Positions 19,128 to 28,414 of a stretch of DNA of 64,000 nucleotides are shown here, one piece after another. Both the position numbers and the translations under genes were made by a program. The stretch's first letter is position 1; every line of letters begins with the position of its first letter. This DNA comes from an uncultured Candidatus Saccharibacteria bacterium (GTDB lineage Bacteria; Patescibacteriota; Minisyncoccia; Phycocordibacterales; JAKAEA01): assembly GCA_964532205.1 (NCBI GenBank), contig CAZHGQ010000004.1, positions 3,118-67,117 of the forward strand, in the 5' to 3' direction. The notes under the pieces were generated by a model. It worked only from the letters and a program-made list of their open reading frames with translations. It searched no databases and was not told the DNA's origin.

Positions 19128-20147
19128 CTAGAAGTTAAAGACTGGCGGAATAACCCCAATCACGACCAGGCTATTAATAAGGTTAAAGAGCGCGAACATG
19201 ATGACAATCAGTCCAGCTGTTTTGAAGAAGACACCTGCCTTTGAACTCTTTTGAATACTGAATGAGCTGAAACTGATAAGTGCCAGGACCGGTAATGTAC
19301 CGAGCGCGAATGCAAGCATGGTGAGTCCTCCGGTGAGAAAGCTTCCTGTAGTAAGGGTATAAAGTTGCATTGACTGTGTAAATCCACATGGCAAGAAGAA
19401 CGTTGCGATACCAACGAGAAGCGGCGTAAGCGTATGATTGAACTTTGATACTCCATGCGCGTGCTTAGCGATGAACTTCGGCATTGATGGCTGAAGTTTC
19501 TTAGCCCAATGGAAAGTATCGAGGAGATTGATACCAAGAATGAGCATCACGATACCAATAACCAGACTTAGGATAAATGTTGCAGAAGTGTTAAGTGTGA
19601 ATGCAGACCCTATGGCACCAATCACACCACCGAGAACAAAGAACGCTACAATACGACCACCATGGAACATGAGTTGGGGCCGTACCTTATCACCCTCTTT
19701 AGCGAAAGTTGCAGACATAGAGAGGACCAGACCTCCCACAACTGCCATACAAGTTGAAAGTGATGCTATTATGCCGATCACAAATGCGGTCCCGTAAGTT
19801 ACGTTACCGGCACTTACAAGATTTACGATTCCCATTTTCTGCAGTACCACAAAGAGTACTGCAAAGCCGAGAGCGATCGGGACCGCGATCTTGAAGTCTC
19901 CCCATTTGGCATCATGTTGCAACTTTTCAACCGAGATAGTATAGCCATGAGGTTTGAGCGGTATAGTGAGTTCCTCTGCAACCTGCTCCGGTGTCTTATC
20001 ACCGAAGTCTCCGGTAACTTCAACTGAATGATTTTTCAGGCTTGATTTGACATGAGTAATGTTTGGGAGATCTCCAAGTTCGCTTTCAGTCATGAGTACA
20101 CAGGCATTACAATGCATGCCGTGTACGTGGAAAGTAAGTGTTTTCAT
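19128..20147 (-). CDS. HMA domain + DsbD_2/TauE-like membrane protein
   Basis: GMHCNAC; STCMAVVGG; FFLPCGFTQSMQ. Confidence 0.9.
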   Translation of the reverse strand: MKTLTFHVHGMHCNACVLMTESELGDLPNITHVKSSLKNHSVEVTGDFGDKTPEQVAEELTIPLKPHGYTISVEKLQHDAKWGDFKIAVPIALGFAVLFVVLQKMGIVNLVSAGNVTYGTAFVIGIIASLSTCMAVVGGLVLSMSATFAKEGDKVRPQLMFHGGRIVAFFVLGGVIGAIGSAFTLNTSATFILSLVIGIVMLILGINLLDTFHWAKKLQPSMPKFIAKHAHGVSKFNHTLTPLLVGIATFFLPCGFTQSMQLYTLTTGSFLTGGLTMLAFALGTLPVLALISFSSFSIQKSSKAGVFFKTAGLIVIMFALFNLINSLVVIGVIPPVFNF

Positions 20148-20168
20148 AATTGATAATATTTCTCTGGA

Positions 20169-20390
20169 TTAGATGATCTCTCCTTTTTTCTCAAGCATCA
20201 TATGATGGATTGTAGCAACCTGAAGCCACGTTGCGATAAGTATAAGTATTCCTGCGCAAAGCAAAGCGTCTACTTTAGTAACACCTAACACTGAATTATC
20301 AGCTCCTCCGAAAACTGCGGCTAGAAATGAAATTACTCCGATGAGACCAACTGCAACACTAGTGACATGCATTACTTTTGATATCTTCAT
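20169..20390 (-). CDS. Small 2-TM protein of the copper cluster
   Basis: 73 aa, two hydrophobic segments, HHMM tail. Confidence 0.7.
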   Translation of the reverse strand: MKISKVMHVTSVAVGLIGVISFLAAVFGGADNSVLGVTKVDALLCAGILILIATWLQVATIHHMMLEKKGEII

Positions 20391-20418
20391 ATATTTATGT
20401 TAATTATTTTTTATAAGT

Positions 20419-21063
20419 TTACTTGTACCACTGAACATACCAAGACTGCATCTGTTGAATCTCCTTTGATTGTGAGGAGATAATGTTCTTTGCGAGCTGC
20501 TGCATTTCAGGACGATTTGTACCTGACTGAAGCATGTTCGCCATCATGATCGCCAACTGGTGATGAGGGATCATTTCTTCGATAAATGCTTTGTCGAAAT
20601 CAGAGGCATTTTCCAAAGCAGTCATATCTTCCTGACCACCCATATGCATTCCGCTTTGAGACATCATGCCGCCACCCATCATTCCTGTACTTACCTTTGG
20701 AACAGCACTACCAAACCAATCCTGATACCAGCCATTCATGCTTTGAATCTCTGCTGTCTGAGCTGCAATGATGGCCGTTGCTAGAGTTTTAATTTCAGGA
20801 CGCTTTGCTTTTTGGAGCGCAAGGTTTGCCATGGCGATAGCTCCCTCGTGGTGAGGAATCATCTGCTCAATGAAGTGCTTATCGATCGTGCTAGCGATTT
20901 GGTTGTTTCCAGTCACTCTTTGGTCATACGATGAGTTATTTCGCCAATTCATCATTCCGTAACTTCCGTATCGCATCATGGGATAAAACACTCCGGCAAG
21001 GAGAAGCCCTATCACGATCCCTCCGATACCGTATAAGATTTTGTTGTTTTGATTGTTGTTCAT
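20419..21063 (-). CDS. DUF305 (CopM-like) copper-binding protein
   Basis: Duplicated FIExMIPHH motif, Met-rich. Confidence 0.92.
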   Translation of the reverse strand: MNNNQNNKILYGIGGIVIGLLLAGVFYPMMRYGSYGMMNWRNNSSYDQRVTGNNQIASTIDKHFIEQMIPHHEGAIAMANLALQKAKRPEIKTLATAIIAAQTAEIQSMNGWYQDWFGSAVPKVSTGMMGGGMMSQSGMHMGGQEDMTALENASDFDKAFIEEMIPHHQLAIMMANMLQSGTNRPEMQQLAKNIISSQSKEIQQMQSWYVQWYK

Positions 21064-21085
21064 ATTTTTGTAGTTAGATTAATAA

Positions 21086-21286
21086 TTATTCTCCGGCATA
21101 CTTCACAGGATCGGCTGTAAAGTGATTCTTACAGTGGATAGCGCAAAAGTAATAGGTTTTGCCTTTGTAATCTGCGCTTGCCTTAATGCTGTCCGCATCA
21201 AGCTCCATTCCGCAGACAAGATCGAATGCCACTGCCGGATCAAGATTTTTATACTTTTTGTTGCCTTTAAGCTTTTTTGTTTGCAT
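21086..21286 (-). CDS. YHS-domain protein
   Basis: DLVCGM...YKGKTYYFC..HC..F.ADP.KY. Confidence 0.9.
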   Translation of the reverse strand: MQTKKLKGNKKYKNLDPAVAFDLVCGMELDADSIKASADYKGKTYYFCAIHCKNHFTADPVKYAGE

Positions 21287-21720
21287 AGATTTTTTAGATT
21301 AGAAATGGTAATAGAAACTCTATGCAAAGAGGGACTGTTTTCAAATAACGAAAGCCAACGAGTAATTTTCCGAGAACGACTAAGTTGCCGTTCCGGATCA
21401 AATCTAACTCGCCACAATAACCGACTGGCTAAGATAGAATCTCGATGTTTTATGTAAAAGAATCCTGCGCTGAGAAATACAGCAAACAGAAGTGCGAGCA
21501 ATAAGATAAGTGGAACTGATGGGACAACGCCGAAGAATGAGATGAACGCTTGGATATGATGTACCGACATTGCAGCAATGTTTTCCGGACATGGCGTGTT
21601 GTCTACGGCTGATGCAATACAACCGGTGACATGATTAGCCCCATGATTCATTGAGGTAAAACCGAACACCCCTATTACCAGGACACTTATGATTATTAGT
21701 AATGATAGGAGTTTTTTCAT
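21103..21720 (-). CDS. 2-TM protein with RWLSLFENSP motif; the tail after about 21320 probably results from a lost stop
   Basis: TAATG coupling to copA; homologous to 13229..13609, which ends just after the motif; the extension overlaps the YHS gene. Confidence 0.65.
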   Translation of the reverse strand: MKKLLSLLIIISVLVIGVFGFTSMNHGANHVTGCIASAVDNTPCPENIAAMSVHHIQAFISFFGVVPSVPLILLLALLFAVFLSAGFFYIKHRDSILASRLLWRVRFDPERQLSRSRKITRWLSLFENSPSLHRVSITISNLKNLCKQKSLKATKSIKILIRQWHSILSAEWSLMRTALRQAQITKAKPITFALSTVRITLQPIL

Positions 21721-24050
21721 TATAGTTTTTTAGCCTTAATGCGAAGTGAGTTCGACACCACAGACACCGACGACATCGCCATGGCAAAGCCCGCGAATAC
21801 TGGATTTAAGAGCCAACCGAAGACCGGATACAAAGCCCCTGCCGCAAGCGGAATACCGACAATGTTGTAGATGAAAGCCCAAAATAGATTTTGTTTGATT
21901 CCTCGCATGGTGATCTTGGAGAGCTTGATAGCTTTTACAAGCTTTGAAATATCTCCGCCAAGAAGCGTAATGCCGGCCGATTCAATAGCTACATCAGTTC
22001 CGGTCCCCATGGCAATACCTACATCCGCTTGGGCAAGCGCAGGGGCATCGTTTACTCCGTCACCGGCCATTGCAACCACTCGACCCTGTGATTGTAATTC
22101 CTGAATCTTTTTCAGTTTATCTTCAGGAAGCACGTGAGCAACTACATCATCAATACCGACAAGAGATGCAATGTACTTAGCGGCCTTTTCATCATCACCG
22201 GTAAGCATAACCACTTTGATACCAAGAGCATGAAGATTCTTCACCGCTTCAACTGATTCAGTTTTTATTTCATCGGCAACCATAACAAAGCCAAGGACTT
22301 TCTCTTCGGTAGCTAGAATGACCGGAGTTTTTCCCTGAGAAGTAAATTCTTTAAGTTTTGCTGTATCGAATGGAATTTTAAGATCACTTACGAGCTTTGC
22401 ATTACCGACAAAGTATTCAATGCCGTTGATTGATCCTTTCAATCCTTTGCCCTGAATACCTTCAAAGTTTGAAACATCCGATACAGAGATATTCTTTTCT
22501 TGCACATAATTCACTATCGCATGAGCAATCGGATGTTCTGATTTTTTCTCAAGCGATGCAAGAATCGATACGAACTCTTCATCTTTTAAACCCGAATGAT
22601 TTTGTATATCTACGAGAGTTGGTTTCCCCTTAGTGATGGTCCCTGTCTTATCAACCACCACAGTATTTACCTTATGGAGTTTCTCAAGAGTTGCCGCATC
22701 TTTGATGAGGATACCTTCCTTAGCTCCTTTACCAACACCAACAATGATTGCTGTGGGTGTAGCTAAACCAAGAGCACATGGGCATGCAATAACGAGAATA
22801 CCAACAAATGAGACAAGTCCGAATGAGAGAGCTTGAGAGAATCCAAGATATTGCGAACCGAAGATAAGCCACGCGCCGAGAGTAAGAAAAGCGATTACTA
22901 GAACGATAGGCACAAAGACTGACGAGATTTTATCTGCGAGTGCCTGGATTGGCGCTTTACTACCTTGAGCGTCTTCAACCATTTTTATGATTTGGGCGAG
23001 AAGGGTTTCAGACCCAACTTTTGTAGCTTTGAATGTAAATGAGCCGCTTGTGTTGATGGTCCCAGAAACAACACTATCGCCAATTTTCTTCTGTGCCGGC
23101 ATTGGCTCGCCGGTAACCATGGATTCATCGATAAAAGAGCTACCCTCGGTAATGACACCGTCAACAGGAATCTTTGCGCCTGGCTTAACGATAATGAGAT
23201 CGCCATGTTTTACGTCGTTTACGGAAATCTCCACCTCTTTTCCATCTCGAATGATCAACGCCGTCTTTGCCTGAAGATTAAGTAATTTTTCTATAGCATC
23301 ACCTGTCTTTATTTTCGATCGAGCCTCAAGATATTTGCCGAGAGCGATAAAGGTAATAACTACGATCGTCACATCGTAGTATTGGTAGTCCACGTTTATG
23401 AATGGTCGCAGAGCTTCCTCGAAAGCGGTTACCGCAAAGCTATATAAAAAGGCGGCCGAAGTTCCAATACCGATGAGCGTATCCATATTTGCCTTGCCGT
23501 ATCGAAGAAATCTATAAAATCCCATGAGATAGGGTTTGCCGACGACAAAGAGAATGTATGTAGCGAGGATCGGGAGAAGATGGTGAATAAACTCTTTGAT
23601 TGTATAGCTCATTTCAGGGACTGCTTTATACTGAGCGAGAATGTCCCAAGCCATCACGAGTGCCGCAAAAATTGCCAAGGGAATGGCCGAGAAGACCTTT
23701 GTTCGCATATCAGCAACTTCAGCAAGCTTTTCTTTCTTTGATTGGTTTAGCCCGAGGTGTGCAGCATGCTCATCGGCCGACATGCCCATTTCTTCGGCTG
23801 ATTGACCGCCATGGTCGTGCGACATCTCTTGGTCTAGAGCCAGGGAGTATCCAAGCGGTTCTATTTTCTTTGAAAGCTCTTGTGCGCTTGTTTTTGATTC
23901 ATCAAAAGCCACCTTTGCCTTTTCGGTCCCATAATTCACTTCAGCAGAGTGGACCCCTTCTGTTTTCTTAAAGGTTTTCTCGATAATACCAGCGCATGAA
24001 GCGCAATGCATTCCTTTTACTCTGTAAGTTTTAGCTTGTGGATGATTCAT
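21720..24050 (-). CDS. copA: Copper-translocating P1B-type ATPase
   Basis: GMHCASC, TGE, CPC, DKTGT, HP, GDGVNDAPAL, YN and MxxSS motifs; start moved to MNHPQAK. Confidence 0.95.
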   Translation of the reverse strand: MNHPQAKTYRVKGMHCASCAGIIEKTFKKTEGVHSAEVNYGTEKAKVAFDESKTSAQELSKKIEPLGYSLALDQEMSHDHGGQSAEEMGMSADEHAAHLGLNQSKKEKLAEVADMRTKVFSAIPLAIFAALVMAWDILAQYKAVPEMSYTIKEFIHHLLPILATYILFVVGKPYLMGFYRFLRYGKANMDTLIGIGTSAAFLYSFAVTAFEEALRPFINVDYQYYDVTIVVITFIALGKYLEARSKIKTGDAIEKLLNLQAKTALIIRDGKEVEISVNDVKHGDLIIVKPGAKIPVDGVITEGSSFIDESMVTGEPMPAQKKIGDSVVSGTINTSGSFTFKATKVGSETLLAQIIKMVEDAQGSKAPIQALADKISSVFVPIVLVIAFLTLGAWLIFGSQYLGFSQALSFGLVSFVGILVIACPCALGLATPTAIIVGVGKGAKEGILIKDAATLEKLHKVNTVVVDKTGTITKGKPTLVDIQNHSGLKDEEFVSILASLEKKSEHPIAHAIVNYVQEKNISVSDVSNFEGIQGKGLKGSINGIEYFVGNAKLVSDLKIPFDTAKLKEFTSQGKTPVILATEEKVLGFVMVADEIKTESVEAVKNLHALGIKVVMLTGDDEKAAKYIASLVGIDDVVAHVLPEDKLKKIQELQSQGRVVAMAGDGVNDAPALAQADVGIAMGTGTDVAIESAGITLLGGDISKLVKAIKLSKITMRGIKQNLFWAFIYNIVGIPLAAGALYPVFGWLLNPVFAGFAMAMSSVSVVSNSLRIKAKKL

Positions 24051-24054
24051 ATTT

Positions 24055-24327
24055 TTATTTGCGCTTAAGTTTATAAACCTTAAGAATCTCATCAACTGCT
24101 TTCTTCTCACTGCCATGTTTCATCTGATGGACCACATGTGTAGAGAGATGGTTTTCAAGAACTAGATTCTCAATTCCAGTAAGCGCCTCTTTGATGGCCG
24201 AAACTTGGGTAATAATGTCGATACAATATTTCTCATCCTCAACCATCTTCTGCAAACCCCTGATTTGTCCCTCAGTAATTTTTAATCGGCGAATAGCTTT
24301 TGTTTTGATGTCTTGTCTCATACCCAC
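24055..24327 (-). CDS. csoR: CsoR/RcnR-family copper-sensing repressor
   Basis: RRLKITEGQIRGLQKMV..YCIDIITQ...ENHL. Confidence 0.9.
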   Translation of the reverse strand: MGMRQDIKTKAIRRLKITEGQIRGLQKMVEDEKYCIDIITQVSAIKEALTGIENLVLENHLSTHVVHQMKHGSEKKAVDEILKVYKLKRK

Positions 24328-24330
24328 ATG

Positions 24331-24347
24331 ATACCCCTAGGGGGTAT
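24331..24347. promoter_or_regulatory. CsoR-type operator
   Basis: ATACCCCTAGGGGGTAT near-palindrome with C/G tracts directly upstream of csoR. Confidence 0.8.
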
Positions 24348-24365
24348 ATACTGTCAAATCAAGCA

Positions 24366-24992
24366 ATGGCGTATTGGAAAAAAGACGAATCCATTGTAGA
24401 TTTGTATCAAATTACTATTACTATGACGCCGGTCCAGAAGATACAATTCATCAAAGTTTTAATCCATGAAAGAGCTCTGATAAGTCCTGCTGGTATTTTG
24501 AAGTTACAGCTCAAGGATCAGCCATCGTTGTCGGTAAAAGAGCAGATTCTTATTTTGAAAAAACTTGAGCAAGAAGGTCTTATTGGCGATCTGAATGTTA
24601 TCGGCAAAGCAGTTAGTTTCTGGGTGATAAGCACCTTTGCCAATTATTTAAATGAAAATAAAGTTGATACCGACGTCATTACAATCGAAATTGGGACCAA
24701 TGCCCTCTCTATTGATAAGGTCACTGCTGCGGTCCGCTTGAATACTGTTGAGGCTATCTTTAATCCAAAGAGTCAGGAGTTCGAGACCTTGCTCAAACTC
24801 GCCACTACCAAGAATCATCAGGTCACCTATACTGATATCCTCGGAGAATCTGTTTCTAAAACTACTAAACGCAACCTTACTTTTGTAATCAGAAATATTA
24901 AAGAGGTACTCGGTATCCTTCCAGCCAAGAAAGCTAAAAATAAGGACATCATCAAGAATATTAAAGGCTTAGGCTACAAGCTGATTACCTGA
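24366..24992 (+). CDS. Hypothetical protein with C-terminal OmpR-like winged helix
   Basis: C-terminal IKNIKGLGYKL. Confidence 0.6.
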   Translation: MAYWKKDESIVDLYQITITMTPVQKIQFIKVLIHERALISPAGILKLQLKDQPSLSVKEQILILKKLEQEGLIGDLNVIGKAVSFWVISTFANYLNENKVDTDVITIEIGTNALSIDKVTAAVRLNTVEAIFNPKSQEFETLLKLATTKNHQVTYTDILGESVSKTTKRNLTFVIRNIKEVLGILPAKKAKNKDIIKNIKGLGYKLIT

Positions 24993-25118
24993 TCACATTG
25001 AACCCACACTAAACCCATAATCATTCCGTCCACCTTTCTCCTTCGGACGAATAAAGTCAGAGCGTAATGCTTTGGCTTTTTTGTTTAGAGCATTAATTAC
25101 TAACTAACAACATTACTC

Positions 25119-25391
25119 ATGATTAAAAAACGGAGTTGGTCCCAGCCCGAAGCTGATGGACCTGATGTGTTCACAACCTATGACCTTGGAGTATCAGCGG
25201 CACTCATGTGCCTAGGTTACAAGCTTATCCGCTTGGACCGAGACGATCCTCGCAAGGCTCTTTTCGTATTCAAGCGAGAGGCAGAAATTGATAATTATGC
25301 CAATCAATATTTTTCAGACCAACTGAAAGTCAAAGCTCGGTCGTTCTTTGACAGCATCAAGGCTCTCAAGAACAAACTCTACTCGGAATAG
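25119..25391 (+). CDS. DUF5659-like protein
   Basis: FTTYDLGVSAAL..GYKL...ALFVF...LKNKLY pattern. Confidence 0.7.
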   Translation: MIKKRSWSQPEADGPDVFTTYDLGVSAALMCLGYKLIRLDRDDPRKALFVFKREAEIDNYANQYFSDQLKVKARSFFDSIKALKNKLYSE

Positions 25392-25393
25392 CC

Positions 25394-25678
25394 ATGGTCC
25401 TGACCGATGCAGACATTGCAAAGTTTCAGGCACTCTACCGAAGCGAATTCGGTAAGGAAATATGTGCTGAACAAGCCTACGAGCAAGGTATCAAACTTGT
25501 GCGGCTTATGTCTGCCATCTATCGGCCAATGACCGAAGAACAATTTGAAAAGATTCAGAAACACAGAGTAGCTACGCTCCCTTTATTAATCAATAAAATT
25601 ACCCAAGATGACCTGGAATCCAGACCCCAATTCGTGGAAGGATCGCAAGAGAATGAGAGCAACAAGCCTGTTGCGTGA
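25394..25678 (+). CDS. Hypothetical protein of element A backbone
   Basis: 94-aa ORF coupled to its neighbours. Confidence 0.65.
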   Translation: MVLTDADIAKFQALYRSEFGKEICAEQAYEQGIKLVRLMSAIYRPMTEEQFEKIQKHRVATLPLLINKITQDDLESRPQFVEGSQENESNKPVA

Positions 25679-26555
25679 TATCCCTTTTGATCGACTCCGT
25701 CCAAAGGATAAACCAACTCGTTACTTTGTAGATAATGAGTATGTTGATGGTTGGTATGTAGCGAAGCTCCCCAGACTTTGTGGTGCCGTTTTGGATGTTC
25801 TCTTGCGGCATTGCAATACTGAAACTCAAGGAGCTTTTCCAAGTATCAAACGTATAAAGAAACTTACTGGTGAAAATAATCCAACGAGCATAAGCAAAGC
25901 AATTCAGATTCTTGAAGATCATGAAATTATTATTGTCCAAAGAAGCCAACAGGGTTTTGGCAGGTCCAACCTGTACGCATTTCAAAGTTCAATCTACTGG
26001 AAACCCTTGGATGAACACTCGAAGCGTATTAAGTTATCAACTTGGAAAGGAAGATATCAAAAAGGAAGGAACCATGATATCAAACCCAATGATAATTCAG
26101 GAAAAAGTAGTGAAATTGATACTCTAACTAACCTAAATAATAATTCTCCTAAAGATTTAACTAACCAAATACGGTCCTTGGCTGACCAGATGAGAATAAA
26201 CAAAAAGCCACAGAGAGTTGCTATTCCAGAGGGTTCTGGCAATACTTGGGTTCCACCTTGGCACAGGCCTGACAACAAGGGAAATTTAGGGCAAAATAGG
26301 GACAATAATGCACCTGTAAGTACAGGAGAAATGCAGGGTGAGGGTAGTATCAATATTGATATCATTGAATCCGTAATAACGGGAAATTTACGGGAAGTGA
26401 ATGATAACAATTCTGATATCATCCAGCCGTTAAAAAACGGTGAAAAAACGGATACGTTAGACGAAATAGAGCGGAATAAAGCGGAAGAGGATAAGAATTC
26501 AATCTACCTTCCAAACATCAGGGATGAGGACATAAGTGCAGGAACAGCAGGATAA
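25608..26555 (+). CDS. HTH replication-initiator-like protein
   Basis: AFPSIKRI...ISKAIQILE...SNLY phage-rep-like HTH; low-complexity C-terminus. Confidence 0.65.
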   Translation: MTWNPDPNSWKDRKRMRATSLLRDIPFDRLRPKDKPTRYFVDNEYVDGWYVAKLPRLCGAVLDVLLRHCNTETQGAFPSIKRIKKLTGENNPTSISKAIQILEDHEIIIVQRSQQGFGRSNLYAFQSSIYWKPLDEHSKRIKLSTWKGRYQKGRNHDIKPNDNSGKSSEIDTLTNLNNNSPKDLTNQIRSLADQMRINKKPQRVAIPEGSGNTWVPPWHRPDNKGNLGQNRDNNAPVSTGEMQGEGSINIDIIESVITGNLREVNDNNSDIIQPLKNGEKTDTLDEIERNKAEEDKNSIYLPNIRDEDISAGTAG

Positions 26556-26561
26556 ATTACT

Positions 26562-28154
26562 ATGAACCAAACTACTCCACGAATACTCTACATATACGCC
26601 AGAAAATCCTCTGAAAGTGAGGACCGGCAAGTTCAATCTATCGACGATCAGGTGAACCGCCTAAAGGAGCTGGCAAACAGTCTGGGAATCACTATCAAAG
26701 AGGTTCTGACAGAAGCTAAGTCTGCCAAGAAGCCGTATTGCCGACCAGTCTTCGATGACATGCTCAAACGCATTCAGCGAGGTGAGGCTGATGGCATTCT
26801 TTGTTGGCAACTTAATCGACTTTCTCGAAACCCCGTTGATAGCGGAGCTCTTAGCTGGATGTTGCAGCAAGGAGTTTTAAAATGTATTCAAACAATTGAT
26901 CGTCAATATTTACCTGATGATAACGTCCTTCTTTTTAGTGTTGAAAGTGGGATGGCAAATCAATTTATTATTGATCTTAAGAAAAACAGCATGCGAGGAA
27001 TGGTTGGAAAAGCTGATCGAGGTTGGCTACCCTCTCGTGCTCCGATGGGATATTTAAATGACAAACTCGAACATACAATCATCGAAGATAAGGACCGTTT
27101 TGATTTGGTCCGAAAGATGTGGGACGTGATGCTTACCGGCAATTACACTCCTTCTCAAATTTTAAAGACTGCAAATGATAAGTGGGGCTTTAGAACTCCC
27201 AAAACAAAACGAAGTGGTGGCGGTGAACTTGCCAACAGCATGATTTATAAGATATTCACCAACATCTTCTATACCGGCATGTTTGAATGGGCTGGAAAGC
27301 TGTATAAGGGCAACCATAAGCCCATGATTAGCCTTGAGGAGTTCGATCGGGTCCAAGCTATCCTGGGCCGAAACGGTAAGCCACGCGGCCAGACTCATGA
27401 GTTTGCATACACTGGCCTTATTTACTGTGAAGAATGTGGCTCGATGTATACCGCAAGTGAAAAAACCAAGTGGGTTGAAAGTGAAAAGAAGTTTAAAACA
27501 TATATTTACTATAACTGCACACGACGTAAGAAAGGAATCACCTGTACGCAAAGAAAACCGATTACGCTCGAAAAACTTGAGGAACAAGTAGACATTCAAC
27601 TTGAGCGATACAGCATTCTTCCTAAATTTAAAGATTGGGCTCTTGAGATTTTGAACAGAGAAAATAATAAAGAGATTGAGGACCGAACCAAGGTCTACGA
27701 GACACAGCATAAAGCAGTCGCCGAAACTCAAAAAGAAATCGACGCTCTTACCAAGATGCGTTATCGAGAATTGATTGATGATGAGACCTTTGTGAAAGAA
27801 CGTGACGATTTGAAAGCAAAACTTACCAAGTTAAAGGCCAATCTGCACAATACCGAAAACCGAGCCGAGAAGTGGCTAGAACTTACTGATAAGACATTTA
27901 ACTTTGCCTGCTATGCACGAGAAAACTTTAATTCTGGGACCTTGGAGAAGAAGCGAGAAATCTTTGCAGCACTTGGTTGGAACTTTTCAATAAAAGACAA
28001 AATAGTGAGCATTAAAGCCAATGATTGGTTTGTTCCAATAGAAAAAGCTTACCCAGAGCTTGAAGCTGAATATCGTCGGTTGGAACTACAAAAATACCTT
28101 TCAGCTGAGGCACGAAATGCTGCTTTTGCCTCACTCATTCTACGTTGGGGTTAG
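26562..28154 (+). CDS. Large serine recombinase (integrase A)
   Basis: YARKS catalytic motif, LNRLSRN, recombinase domain, zinc ribbon CEECG, coiled coil; stop codon supplied by element B. Confidence 0.95.
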   Translation: MNQTTPRILYIYARKSSESEDRQVQSIDDQVNRLKELANSLGITIKEVLTEAKSAKKPYCRPVFDDMLKRIQRGEADGILCWQLNRLSRNPVDSGALSWMLQQGVLKCIQTIDRQYLPDDNVLLFSVESGMANQFIIDLKKNSMRGMVGKADRGWLPSRAPMGYLNDKLEHTIIEDKDRFDLVRKMWDVMLTGNYTPSQILKTANDKWGFRTPKTKRSGGGELANSMIYKIFTNIFYTGMFEWAGKLYKGNHKPMISLEEFDRVQAILGRNGKPRGQTHEFAYTGLIYCEECGSMYTASEKTKWVESEKKFKTYIYYNCTRRKKGITCTQRKPITLEKLEEQVDIQLERYSILPKFKDWALEILNRENNKEIEDRTKVYETQHKAVAETQKEIDALTKMRYRELIDDETFVKERDDLKAKLTKLKANLHNTENRAEKWLELTDKTFNFACYARENFNSGTLEKKREIFAALGWNFSIKDKIVSIKANDWFVPIEKAYPELEAEYRRLELQKYLSAEARNAAFASLILRWG

Positions 28155-28414
28155 TCACTGCGCGCGACTCGATGCTTACTCTGCCCTCGGTAGGAATCGA
28201 ACAATTGGTAAAGGACAACGCCGCTCCACGGGTTCCTCACACCCCTCCAAGGGGGTGGAGGCCCACTACCTTCAAACCAGCGCTCTGTTGAGCGCTCATT
28301 CGTTCGTTGTGTTGAATTTGCCACCCCCGACTACCCGCCTCACGGCCCCTCACGGGGCTCACGCGGGTCACCCGGCTCACGCACCCGCACGCCGCTCAAC
28401 CACACGGGGTGGAG
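28147..28414 (+). repeat. 268-bp attL arm (P'); perfect inverted copy at 59561-59828
   Basis: Direct base comparison ggggttagtc...ggggtggag versus ctccacccc...gactaacccc. Confidence 0.95.

Larger units (their letters stand above)
15452..28150. mobile_element. Element A: ~12.7-kb serine-integrase island at the tRNA-His 3' end (right junction split by element B and continuing at 61529)
   Basis: Core GGGTGCC at 15452-15458 matches the tRNA end at 61526-61532; joining the ends gives symmetric TCTACG-N12-CGTAGA and extends the integrase ORF in frame. Confidence 0.85.
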
